A DNA stretch of 63,725 nt, filler included, from Reticulomyxa filosa (Eukaryota; Protista; Foraminifera), in the NCBI GenBank assembly GCA_000512085.1. It is 16 parts of 16 records of this genome, joined end to end, with 100 filler letters (N's around TTAATTAATTAA, not from the genome) between each part and the next. Parts side by side here need not be neighbours in the genome. Positions count along the whole stretch, not along the records: positions 3,679 to 16,027 come from ASPP01007985.1; positions 16,128 to 17,420 come from ASPP01000802.1; positions 17,521 to 19,093 come from ASPP01029566.1; positions 19,194 to 21,740 come from ASPP01018647.1; positions 21,841 to 23,403 come from ASPP01041418.1; positions 23,504 to 26,383 come from ASPP01021578.1; 10 more parts are not named here. One strand, written 5' to 3'. Below the pieces are notes generated by a model that searched no databases, had not been told where the DNA came from, and was given only the letters and a program-made list of their open reading frames with translations. Positions 13,506 to 25,680 of this stretch are shown piece after piece; position 1 is the stretch's first letter; the number at the start of each line of letters is the position of its first letter. The position numbers and the translations under genes were made by a program.

Positions 13506-14947
13506 TTTTGTTTAAATATACTTGAAATGTTTGTTTTGACATAAATATAATGTAATAATTATTTAATTTTGTTAATTTGTTATTTATTTGTTATATATGT
13601 AAAAATAAATCAAAAGATAATTAAACATATGAAAATAAATAAGCACTAACTGCAAAAGGAATAATTATATTTTAGTAATAAATTTCTAATTAAATTTCAT
13701 TTTGGTTATAATATCTAAACAGTTATAATTTATCAAAATAATAATGTATTAGTCGATATATTTGTGACATAAACAATGTTATTTTATATTGTTAAAAAAG
13801 TCTTTTTCTTTAAAGTCAGAAAATGATTGTCAAATTCAATATTGACAAATCATTGTATATTTTTAAATTTGTAAAATTTACAAATAGAAATACACAACAT
13901 ATATCAATACATCTTTGGACTTGTAATTTGCGTAATATGTCATAATATTTCTTATATAGCGACAATACTGAAATAATCAAGCAAATTATCGTTTTCTGCA
14001 GTTTCGCTTACGTACTGACAACAATATTGCTTTATCTTTTTCACACGTCAAGTGTCATTCAGCGCTTTTTGAATTGTTCTTCATCTTGTTTAGATCATTA
14101 ATCAAGACAACTGAAGGATTTCAAACTTTTAATTTGATATTTTTTTGTGAACTTCCACTAATTTAGGTTTTAAATTTAATCATATTTTGCAGAACTAAAA
14201 ATTAAAGCATTTTACAAGATTTCAAAAGTTATTTAATTCACGAATAAATAATGTTAATCTGACATTTAAAATTGAATGTATTTATTGATATTCAATATTT
14301 TCTTTTCAAAATACCTCGTTAACAAACTTGTTATTTATTGTAGCGTAAAGCACATTGTATGATTCATAATTGACTCTAAAGTTGCATAAAACAGTTCATT
14401 CATTCTTTTAACAATTCTTTTCATTCTTAAGTAATAACATACACTAAGTTTCATCGCAATCCTATTTTTCTACATTATGACAAAGAGATTTTTAATTAAT
14501 AAAGTTTTTACAAAAAAAGAAATTAATTGTCTTGTGAATAATTGTTTAAACATTGCCACTGAAAAGCGATGATTGTTCTAATTAGACTGGTCGTTTGTTT
14601 GCATTCCAGTTTTCTAATCTGTCATTGGAGTGAAGGCATGGAACTAAGAATTCAATCCAATCAAAATAAGCAAAAAAAAGATTGTAGGTAAATCCCTTGT
14701 GTGAGGTGCTCGCACTTTCGTTGTGATCTCCTGCCAAAAACTCTCTCTCTATTTCTGGTGAATTGCTCTTGCATTTGCACGACTTTGCGCGTGGCTATAT
14801 ATTAACAAAAGTGTTTTGTTTGTGAAATTTGCAAATTTTCTGAGATTATCGACCTGGGGTTGTTTTTGTTGTTGTTTCGTTTGGAACGATCTGTGGCAAG
14901 TCGATAAATCAAAGGGTTCATTAAGAAGAACCCAACTTTGAGTCGCC

Positions 14948-15690
14948 ATTCCAGGCAAGAAAAAGAGATCTCTGTCCGCCAGTCTTAGTGACAGTGAAAT
15001 AGGTAGCATCAATAGCGACCCCGATCAAGCATCTACTTTAGGACGTCCAACTAAACGTCTGCGAGTGTCAATTAATCAGCAATCAAGTTAATGAGTGTGA
15101 TCAAATTTTATAATGTAAACAGATACATACGAACAGAGTGTTGTCATTTTGTTGTCGTCGCATTGATAGCAAGTAACCAGGACATACTTTCAACGATAGC
15201 AGAAATGTCTACCTCTCAAGCTTCATCCAGCGGCTTGCATCATGCACATGAGCACAGCACAAAGAAAGACAATGAAAATGGAAATGCGAATAAGAAAATG
15301 GTATCAAGTCATGGATTTGTTAACAATGGCGATGTCTCAAATAGCGACAATAGTATTACCAATGGAACAAAGAAAGAACGAAAATTCACTACAAACAATA
15401 ATAATAATAATAATAATAATAATGCCAACAATGTGGCAAATCAAAAAATTGATAGCAACAACACATTGAATCGAATCGGATTAATTGATGAAAAAAGCCC
15501 GACCCTCCTCACGCCAAATGGCTGCCACATCTCTCAAAACGAAATTATTCGAGTGGTCATGCAATGCTTAAACGACTTGGGATACAAAAAATCTGCAAAG
15601 TGTCTCTCACAAGAATCTGGACTTTATTATTCAGTTTGTTGTGTTTCTTGTCCTCTGTTATATATATACACATATACATTATATACAATG

Positions 15691-15722
<32 letters not shown>

Positions 15723-16001
15723 TTCATTTGATTGAGGTAAGTCTGCAATAAATAAACAAAAATAGGAAGCAGAAGACAATGAAGCTGGATTGAGGGCAAT
15801 GGAGACAGCTATAAGCAATGGAAAATGGAACGAGTTGTTGGAATGGTTTGATAGCTTTATGACAATGGACGCAATATGCGTAAGCCATCCATACACTGAG
15901 AAAGACTTGAACGGTGGCCGTTCAAAATCCAATTCGAATTCTGTTGTGTTGATCTCACCTGTTTACTTAATTTACGCACGCATTCTCGTTTTAGAGCAAA
16001 A
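14948..16001 (+). CDS. WDR26: WDR26/GID7-like CTLH-complex subunit, N-terminal LisH-CTLH part (3' truncated by contig end)
   Basis: LisH: EIIRVVMQCLNDLGYKKSAKCLSQESG. CTLH: METAISNGKWNEL...ARILVLEQKY. Introns 15087-15169 and ~15634-15765. First in-frame ATG is at 15205. Confidence 0.75.
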
Positions 16002-16127
16002 GTACTCTTTTTTTTTTTTTTTTTTTTNNNNNNNNNNNNNNNNNNNNNNNNNNNNNNNNNNNNNNNNNNNNTTAATTAATTAANNNNNNNNNNNNNNNNN
16101 NNNNNNNNNNNNNNNNNNNNNNNNNNN

Positions 16128-17000
16128 ATTGCAACTATTTTCTTTGGAGGTATGTTTTTGCTTTGCAGACAGAGAAAAAAAGGCTATCAGCTGTAATTTT
16201 AACAAACTGTTGCAAATGGACTCATTAGGTCTTTTTACTTCCTATGAATTGGAATTTATTCGTCGAAATTTGCATCGTCTGACAAACAAAATTCTTTTCG
16301 CTGACGTTACTGTTGAGTCAGTTCTGTTTTGCGATGGATTTTCAAATGTCTCTCCTTGATGGACACTTTGGAAAGCGACTGTTGCAACGCTGAGTCATTG
16401 TTTCTTCTTTGTTTAAGTCTTTTTTGTTTGTGTTGTTCATGTCCTTGATTTGAAGACGATTGTGATCATGATTGTCTTTTTCTTTTTTTTTCATGTTTTG
16501 TTTCGTTGACACGCGCTTGAGATCACATGCCATTTAGCGCTCGTTATTGTCGTTGTCATTGACAAAGGCTTTTTTTGCGCTCGGCCGTGCGGCTTCGAGA
16601 TCGACAGCCATGATCATTTCGCTTTCGCTGAGCAGGGAGATATGTTTGGGCGAGTAAGAGTTGGAAAGGGGTACAGGCGAGGTGGAAACAAAGACAGAGA
16701 CGGAGTAAGATAAAGCAGAAGATGAAGCTGAAGCAGAGCTGTTGGAATTGCTTGGACCACTCTTAAGTAGACAATTCGCCAATATATTTTGTTGTCGATT
16801 ATGTGTGAGCGTGATTGAGGGTTGAGTCAAATCGTCATTATCATCATTTTCACTAGTCAAAAACAGGTTGGGTGAAAAGACTTGGAGTCGACTAATGACA
16901 ATTGCGTCAGTCTGCGATTGCTCATTGTCACTGTCATCTTCATTAAGAGACCTTGGCAAAATCGACATGCTCGATGATGAAAAGCTCTCGCTGACAATAT
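16128..17000 (-). CDS. Hypothetical low-complexity protein fragment
   Basis: Ser/Asp/Asn-rich ORFs 16534-17133 and 16342-16533 with coding-like composition; no recognisable domain. Confidence 0.35.
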
Positions 17001-17520
17001 GATAAATGTAGTTTCGATTCATTTGTATTTGCATTTTCGACTTTTCACACATAAACCCTTTCTCTATATAATAACAACAGCCCACAATGCGATCTCGCCG
17101 AGAACACAAAGTGAGTGTTGATTTAAACGCCAATCACCCCTTTCCTTTTACAAACAAAAACAAAAAAAGAAAAAAAAAATTTTTGATTTTTTTAAATATT
17201 TTTTTGTTAAAAAAACTACAAACATATGTTACAATGTTAGGTACAATATAGTTCATAACAGAATATTTTTTGCATGTATCCGTATCATTTATTCAAATTG
17301 ATTTTTGGAATATTTGCTTTGATGGTGACTTTCTCGGCGGTTTGGCTGTTCAGAGCAACGTTGTTGATTTTTGTATTTCTTTTAGCTTTATCAACCATGA
17401 TCGGGCATTGTGCCATAATTNNNNNNNNNNNNNNNNNNNNNNNNNNNNNNNNNNNNNNNNNNNNTTAATTAATTAANNNNNNNNNNNNNNNNNNNNNNNN
17501 NNNNNNNNNNNNNNNNNNNN

Positions 17521-17557
<37 letters not shown>

Positions 17558-19093
17558 TTTGTTACTTTTATTTTTATTATTATTATTATTATTATTATTG
17601 CTTTGATCTGAAACGTTTTTAATATGTGATACAAATATCTTCATAATTTCCGTGTTTGTCATTTGCTTTAGTTTCATCGTGTTTCTTGGTATCTTTTGCA
17701 GCGACGGCATATGTTCATTTCGAATCGTGCTTCCCATGGTTGCGACCAGATGCACTTTTGTCTCCTGATGTATTTGCAAGATGCACTCGTCCACTCGCTG
17801 TCCTCGTGGCAGGTCGTTCAAGGAAAACGAGTCAATATTTTCAATGCCAATCAAATACTTGCGATTTCGTAACTCGTATACGAAATCGGAAGTGTTACGA
17901 CACCCTTTGATATTCGCACCGCCTCCTCGCAAGTGATCGCAAATTATTTCTGCCACGCTCATCATCGGCTTTTCACGCAGCGTTTTGTATACGTCAATCA
18001 CAAACACTCCTTCAAACACGTGGCGTTCCCACAGATATTCAAATGTCCGATTCATCAAGGCCGTCTTCCCAATGCCTTTTGTTATACACATATAATACAT
18101 ACCATATATGCATATTATGCAAGAATATCACAAGGTTGGAAAGAAATATTTGTAAAAACCTTTGTCGCCAAAGATAATTGTGAATCGTGTTTGTGGGTCT
18201 TGAATGCATTTGATGAGTTGGAACATGTCGCGATAGCGTCCAATCCAAGGATCTGGCGGATGAAAGAATAGGCGTAGACTGGGTTTGCGACTGCAGTCTT
18301 TGAGCATGCAGATCTTATTCTTTTCGTCGATATTTGTCTTCGAATTGCTGTCCGTGTTGATAGCCGTTGCGTTTGCAAATAGCACTACGTCATGAGACTT
18401 GTCTTCAGGTAGCAAGCGAAACTTGGTATTTTCACTGGACTTGTTCACACTGCCACTGTTACCAGTAGTAGTAGTAGTTATTATTTCTTTACTTTTGTCA
18501 AAAGCAGCTTGAATCGTTTCTCCTTGAACGAGATGAAGATAAAACTGATAGATGAAATTTTTCGAGGTATTGTCAATGGCTGTTTTGTTGTCCTGCGTCA
18601 TGCAGACCACATGTTTGACGCCGGCGTCCATGAACGCTTTTGCGCTCGCCAAGCTGTGGTATGCGCTGACAAACACCAGTTCCAGACCGGAGGACCCTCC
18701 TCCAATGGCAATCAAATCCCTCAGCTCTTTCGCAGGGAGTTTTTTGGCCATCCCCAACTGCTCCTCGCTTTCCAATGCCAGCGCGTGCGGCAATCCAAAC
18801 CCGCTATAATGAATTATCCGTGTCGACAGCGACACCAAGTCGCGAATATTGCGAACGGTGGCAAAGTCTTCCACAAAGCGCACACGAAATGATGCCATGG
18901 ACAATGCTTTTGTCCTACGATCATGCATATATATATATATATATATAAACATATATAAATATATATATATATATATGTACTTATACGTGTATGTACATGT
19001 ACATATACAGTTTCTGTAAAAAAATAAAAAAAAAAAAAAAACAAATAACACTTGGACAGATTCAGCTTTAGCATCCAAGGGCGCGAGTGAAGA
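17521..19093 (-). CDS. CHAT (caspase-HetF) domain fused to STAND/NB-ARC-like P-loop NTPase, partial
   Basis: CHAT motifs ATVRNIRDLV...IIHYSGFG...LALES...LELVFVSAYHS...FMDAGVKHVV...FYLHLVQGETIQAAFD. Then WIGRYRDM, and Walker A GDKG|IGKT rebuilt across intron 18076-18159. Walker B-like LIGIENID. Confidence 0.85.
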
Positions 19094-19193
19094 NNNNNNN
19101 NNNNNNNNNNNNNNNNNNNNNNNNNNNNNNNNNNNNNTTAATTAATTAANNNNNNNNNNNNNNNNNNNNNNNNNNNNNNNNNNNNNNNNNNNN

Positions 19194-21621
19194 TCTTGCG
19201 CTTGCTGTTGCAATTGTTTCGCATTTGCGTTGCCATCCCCAATGTGTTGTTGTTGCTGTTGATAATGTTGATGATGTTGATGATGTTGATGATTTGCTGC
19301 GTTTGTCACATTGTTGTTTTTCGTGTCCGTTTCATTTGGACTGCCATTGTTCATATTGTTATTGTTATTGTTATTATTATTGTTGTTGTTGTTGTTTTGA
19401 GCTGCAAAGCCATGTTCTTTCGTGCGATAGTTTACAAAGTTGCCTTTTTTCTATCCCATATACATATATATGTATATATACACATATGTATACGTATATT
19501 TATCAATCAAAGTATTGAATAAACATGATATATGTATATTGTCTCATCTCCTCAACTGGGAATTTTTTTTTGGGATATCTTGTTTTCTTTCGTGAAGATG
19601 CTTGGTTGTCGTTGTTTGTGTGATGGGCCCCTCGTTCAGCATCGCCACCGAACCAATGCTGTTTGGGACCTCGATGAGTTCGATCGCCATGTTGGAATTT
19701 TCTGCGTCGAAAGTTGCGTTGTCCGTTGAAATGGGGCTTGTGTCCAGACCCTTGTGGTGCTGCGGATGCATCTGCCATCCGTAATAGGCTTGGCCATTGT
19801 CCATGGGTCCTCCCCACATGGCGGCATTGGGGTCCATCGTTCCTTGAGGATAATAAGGCTGCGCGGCATAATTCATGCCATCCCCGCCACTTGGTATGGT
19901 GTAATCGTTGGAAGCATACAGTTGCGCATTCGCCGGAGCATCCGAGGGCAGTTGCGAATTGGCTTGCGCGTCGCCAAAGGGCTGGGTGGTGGCCATTGTC
20001 GCTGTGGATTGCGTGTTGAATGCCTCGTTCAATGCGTGCGAGACTGGAACTTGTTCCGGAGACTGCACGGGGGACCTCCTGCAGGAGTGTTGCCCGACGC
20101 CGTGACTCCTCCATTGGCCGTTGCGTTCGAGGGACCGCCGAGCGTGTGATCACCGCCAAAGTTGGGATAGTGGCCCATGTCGTAGTCTATATCTCCGCCA
20201 ATGTCCTGCGCGTAGATTGATTGGTCCGAAGGATGGAACGACCAAGACAAATGCGCGTTCGGGTCTTGCATTGTCTCTGCTTCGTTTTGCGCTTGCGTTT
20301 CATACGTTGGATACACGCCGATATCTTTTTTTTTTTTTTTTTTTTTAATCAAATTGCGGGTTATTTGAGAGTGTAAAAAATTAATAAATAAAAAAAAAGG
20401 GAGAACGTTCACACATGAACTCGACAAGAAACAAACATACTTTGTGCGTGTTCAACAACGTCACCACTTTGATCTATTGCAAATTGTCCATGGTCTAACG
20501 GCGAGTTGATATCTTTAATGATATCAATAAAAAAAAAAGAATTAAAATTTCTCTCATATTCGTGAGATCAACATATAACATACATATGATACACACACAC
20601 ACAAAAATTAAACCTGAAATGTGTTGTTGAGGAGCAAATTCAGGACCCAATGGGTTCAAATTGGTTTTCAATTCTTGTTTGACCAGTTCGGCGTTTTCTC
20701 GCGTAATGTCTTCGTTTCCGTCGAAAGTGGCTCTTAGAGCGTCTTCGGCACTGGACAGAATGGCTTGGAAGCCTCCGACGACACCCGCCACGTTCTGAGC
20801 CTTCGCTTTCTCTTTCATTTGTTGCTTGATCTTCATTATCTTTTCGTCTTTCTGTTCAATTGACCCTTGCAGTTTCACCACCTGCACCAACTGCTCCTTC
20901 GGCGCGCTGTATGTCCTTGTCACCATATTGCTAGATCTGTCAATGCTTGCTTTCAGCAAACGTTGATCACTTGATCATGTGTGTGTATATACATATATAT
21001 AAACAGTGTTCCAATTTTTTTATTATTAAAAAAAAAAGGGGACCTCTCCTCTTCTCTCTCTCTCTGACAAATAAAAAGAAGAAACATACGTTTTCAAACT
21101 TTGAGAACGAACAGTGCTGTTTTTTGACCCGAAGCCATTGTTCGAATCTCGCTTGAAATGGTTGGCGTCTCGCTTGTGGGGATAGTCCACAGAATGAACA
21201 CCGTGGTCCGTTGCTTCTCTGTTGTCAAAGCGAGCCTGTTCTGTCGAGCCATTGGTCACATTGGCTCGAACGTTGGAATGAGCCCAAGAAGAATCTTCCT
21301 TTCTTCGATTGCCCGAATATCCCTTTCTTTGACTGCCGCTGCCGTAGTCTCGAGGACTCTCGCCCAATTTCTTCTCGTTGCTTCGTCTGTCGTCATCCTC
21401 CTTTCCAAACTGCGGACGACGGTCGTATCCTTTGCCCATGTCCTCTCTGCTCAATGTGCGTTTGTCTGCGCTCGTCTTGGCTGTCGTCGCTTCTCTCTCT
21501 CTATCTCTATCTCGATAGCTGCTTTTGGCTCCTCTTTCTCTTCGTGAATAGTCTTCACTATCTGGCAGTTTCATTACGGGTGCATCTCCACGTTGATGAG
21601 GAGGGCGATATCCCGAAGGTC
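19194..21621 (-). CDS. Multi-exon low-complexity protein with PAM2 motif (RNA-granule/PABP-interacting type), partial
   Basis: Exons joined by GT-AG introns (e.g. 20325-20440). R/D/G-rich N-part GYRPPHQR, TNLNPLGPEFAP (PAM2-like), and a Y/Q/G/N-rich prion-like segment. A +1 C fix is needed at 20069-20073. Confidence 0.6.
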
Positions 21622-22229
21622 CTTTTTTTTTTTTTTTTTTAAGTTGCAATAACAATTTTTTAAAAAATAAAATAAAAAAATCATAATAACAAAGGATTGC
21701 AATGCAACAAAACAAAGAAGTCTAGTTGCAATGTATCTCTNNNNNNNNNNNNNNNNNNNNNNNNNNNNNNNNNNNNNNNNNNNNTTAATTAATTAANNNN
21801 NNNNNNNNNNNNNNNNNNNNNNNNNNNNNNNNNNNNNNNNTTTTTCTCTCTTAGTGACACCGACATCCAAGTATCTTATGTTTTTAGTTTGCCAAAGGAT
21901 TAACAGAATGATTTTGTCAAACATTTCCTGGATTTGTCCGTTTTTGTTCTTTACGAAAAGCTTAGCCCAGGTTTGCCCTTGGGCTGTAGTAACACATTTT
22001 CCAATTCACCTAAAATTCCAAAAATGTAGCAAAAGAATTATCAGACTTTTTTAAATAGTTTTCAAATCTTCCTTATGTTGTATCTTCTATTCTCTAAATA
22101 AGGCAATTTGATTTGTGACCGTCCTTTTCCAATAAAAAACCACAATTCTATATCAACAAACATGATACTTGTTCGCTTGCCGAGTTATTTTTCTTCCAAA
22201 AACAAAATATCTTCAGCATGTGAGGCAAC

Positions 22230-22744
22230 TTCGTTAGACCGACTATTATCACTGGAGTAGAACCACACACGACTTGCTACAAAGTTACATTATCTAACAA
22301 GCAATGCAAATCACTATTTGTTGATCATGCTTGGGAAGAAGAGAGTTGAACAAAATAGTTGATTTCATATGAAGGAATATTTAGTCCTGTGTTGCTAGTC
22401 AAAAATGTGGCAACCTTGGACGAGGCTATTAATTTTACTAATGTTAATGCCTATGGTAACGGCACTGACATTCTCACTATCAGTGGAGTTGTCGTAAGAT
22501 TGTACGAACGTAAAATTGAAGCGGATAAGTCGGAATTAATCTTCTTATTCCTGTTCCATTGCCGTTCTTTTCTTTCACTGGCAACAACATCTTCCGTGGC
22601 GCTATGAACTTTTACGGAAAGAATGGAGTATACTTCTACACTAAAATCAAAACAGTTAGTGCAAACTGGAAATTTGATTTAAAATCCAATGGAACTCACT
22701 GTCTCCAAAAGATGGTTCTAAGTAAGCTGTCTTTTCGTAGGTGA
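22230..22744 (+). pseudogene. Methylmalonate-semialdehyde dehydrogenase (ALDH6A1/MmsA-like) C-terminal pseudogene fragment
   Basis: PTIITGV...EGIFSPVL...TLDEAINFTNVNAYGNGT...(GQ)[17 protein letters not shown]...[24 protein letters not shown]. Frameshift near 22528; no N-terminal half on the contig. Confidence 0.85.
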
Positions 22745-23503
22745 TACTTTTTTTTCCCCTTTTTATTTGCAGGAAAAAACATTTCAACAAAATAGCCTTT
22801 TAAAATAAAAAAGTAAACTTAAAAAAAAGCTAGTGATGTTAGTTCGAACTTTCAAACTTGCTTAAAAATTATACATTTGTTTGAAAGATAATGCAATACT
22901 TCAAATGCAAAATTTATTTTATTCATCCGATCCTCTAATTGTTTGTATGACTTATCATTAAACACTTGATAACGCAAATTGTCACCAACTTTAAACAATA
23001 GAAGATAGCAAAATCAGTCCATTGCATGTTATTACCTACAATTATTCCAGTTATCAGTTTTTTCAAAGACAAAAACGAAAACCAAATCGAAGCTATCTGC
23101 ACCTTTTCTGCTTTCTTTTAGATTTAAAATATTAAAGTTTAGCAATTTTTTACGATGAGTACATTGATAAAAAATGTATTATTAAAAAAAATCAAAAGAA
23201 ACAAAATTCACAACAAAAAAATTTTCAATCAAAATTTGAGTCAAGTATCAAATACTTGCAATCGAATATGCCACCAATTTGGCATTGTTTCAATCACTTT
23301 ACCCTTTCTTGCTGGCAACGCAACCCCCATTCCAATTCCTCTATAGACAGGTATTGTAATCTTTGGATATCTATGTTATATACGTATGTATTGATTATAC
23401 ATGNNNNNNNNNNNNNNNNNNNNNNNNNNNNNNNNNNNNNNNNNNNNTTAATTAATTAANNNNNNNNNNNNNNNNNNNNNNNNNNNNNNNNNNNNNNNNN
23501 NNN

Positions 23504-24886
23504 CTAAAAATACAATTTAAAAAAAAAAAAAAAAAATAAGAACGAAAATATTACATTGAAGAAAGAACTTTTGGAAAAAACAATGAAATAAAAAAATGCA
23601 AAGAGAATCACAACAAGAATTACTTAAGCTTCGTGCTGATATTGAAATCATGAAACAAGATTTTATTGAAAAAGAAAAGCATTTCAATGAATCTATCAAA
23701 CTATTACAAGAAGAAGAAGAAGAAGAAGATAAAAAAAGATAATGATTATGTTTTATCTTCAAATACTACATATTCTTCCACTTTTTCTTTTGATATGTTT
23801 TGTTCATCATCCAAATTGCTCAAGACGTTCATTGGACACACTTCTACTATATGGACTATTGATTATTCGACATTCAATGATAGTCAATACATTTGTTCTG
23901 GCTCACAAGATTGCACAGTTCGTGTATGGGATATTGATAATAACAAACAAATTAAATTATTCAATGGACATTCAAATGCTGTTACTTGTGTGAAATTTGT
24001 ATCATACTATCGACATTATCATAAAGTGAATAATTGTCTTCCAATCGTTTGTTCTTCAGCATGTGACAGTACAATTCGTTTTTGGGATTTTGAAACAACT
24101 GGACAATTTCAAGTATTAAATGGACATACAAATTGGATTTTCGGTATTGCATTCTCATCATTCAATAATGGTCGATATTTGTGTTCTGCATCCAAAGACA
24201 GTACAATTCGTTTATGGGATGTTGAAACATTCAAATCACTACATGCTTTCAGTGGACATACAAATGCTATTTGGTGTGTGGAATTTTCACCATTACAAAA
24301 TAGTAATGACAATAAAGATAAACGTAATGGCGTTGGTGTGATTGGTGGCAATGGATATACCATTTGTTCTGGATCATGGGATAACACCATTCGTTTGTGG
24401 GATATTGAGACAACTAAAGAATTAACTATTTTCAAAGGACATGAAGGTTGTGTGAGAAGTATTAAATATTCACAATACGAAACAAATATAATATGTTCTG
24501 GATCAGAAGATAAAAGTGTTCGTTTATGGGATATTCGATCAAAACAAGAAATACATGTATTTAGGGGACATACAAATAATGTGTATACTATTGAATATCT
24601 ACCATTTGTGAGTAATGACAATAAGGAAAGTGATGGAACATCAATGGTTAATGCAAATATAATATGTTCTGGATCAAACGACAATACAATTCGTTTTTGG
24701 GATATTCGAACAAATAAGCAATTACATTTAATCAAAGGAAATGATAATGGAGATAGTGGAATAATTTCTCTAAAATGTGCACAATTGAAAAATAAAGAAA
24801 AAAAAAACAAGAGTAATGATGATAGTCCTTGTAGTGTAAATTTATGTTATGGTTCATTGAATGGTCCCATTCGAATTTGGGGATAG
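23504..24886 (+). CDS. Coiled-coil + WD40-repeat protein (expanded family), 5' partial
   Basis: Six GH...WD repeats with the family signature GVIGGNGYTICSGSWDNTIRLWD. Upstream coiled coil ELLKLRADIE is frame-shifted at the A7 run 23731-23737. Confidence 0.92.
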
Positions 24887-25368
24887 TTTGCTAAAGCTTT
24901 CTGATTTTTTGTAATAATTCACATAAATTGATATTTTCTTTAAAAGTTCTTCAGTTAGACATTTTTCCTTGTAGGTCATTTCTTTATCAAAAATAGCATA
25001 AGAAAAAACAAACTGGCAATCATCAGTTCATTTCAGTCTTTCAAAAAAAAGAATTGTGCATTGTGGCTTCGTGCCACACATCAGTAAGATTTTTTTTAAG
25101 AAAAAGATTTGGATTTCATTTTAACAAATAATAACTGTCAACAGATTTGAATCTTTTTGAACGAAAAGGGGCAAGAATTCTTTTTTGTAGTCACTTCAAA
25201 GATGTCACTGAAAGCAACAGTATCTTTGAAGCAAAAAAGAAAAGTTAGAAATACATTGTCGACATTGATCTTGGAATGTTTATTTGCAACTGTAAAAAGA
25301 CTTTGGTTTTCACAGAAGGTGAAAGCGATAGTTGTATTGAATAACAGAAGGAATTCAAAAAAAAGTGA

Positions 25369-25680
25369 ACAACCGAAAAATCATGTTATTTAAAAAGTTA
25401 TGATTTTCTCTTAGTTACAAGTCTGTAATTTTACACAAATATTGAACTTATACTGCATAAAATTTGATAGTCATATCTTTGTCAGTTTAGAAAATATAAT
25501 TAAAATTATTAAATTTTTTGAAGTAAATAAAAAAGTTCACTTTTAGAACTTAAAAATTTATTGATCTATAAAATTTTATGCAATTGAACAACAGTATAAG
25601 TTCAATATTTATGTAAAATTACAGACTTGTAACTAAGAGAAAAAATCATAACTTTTTAAATAATATGGCTTTTCGGCTGT
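25369..25680. mobile_element. Fold-back/MITE-like element with ~100-bp terminal inverted repeats
   Basis: 25369-25464 is the near-exact reverse complement of 25571-25680 (core TTTAAAAAGTTATGATTTT..CTCTTAGTTACAAGTCTGTAATTTTACA.AAATATTGAACTTATACTG). Confidence 0.8.
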
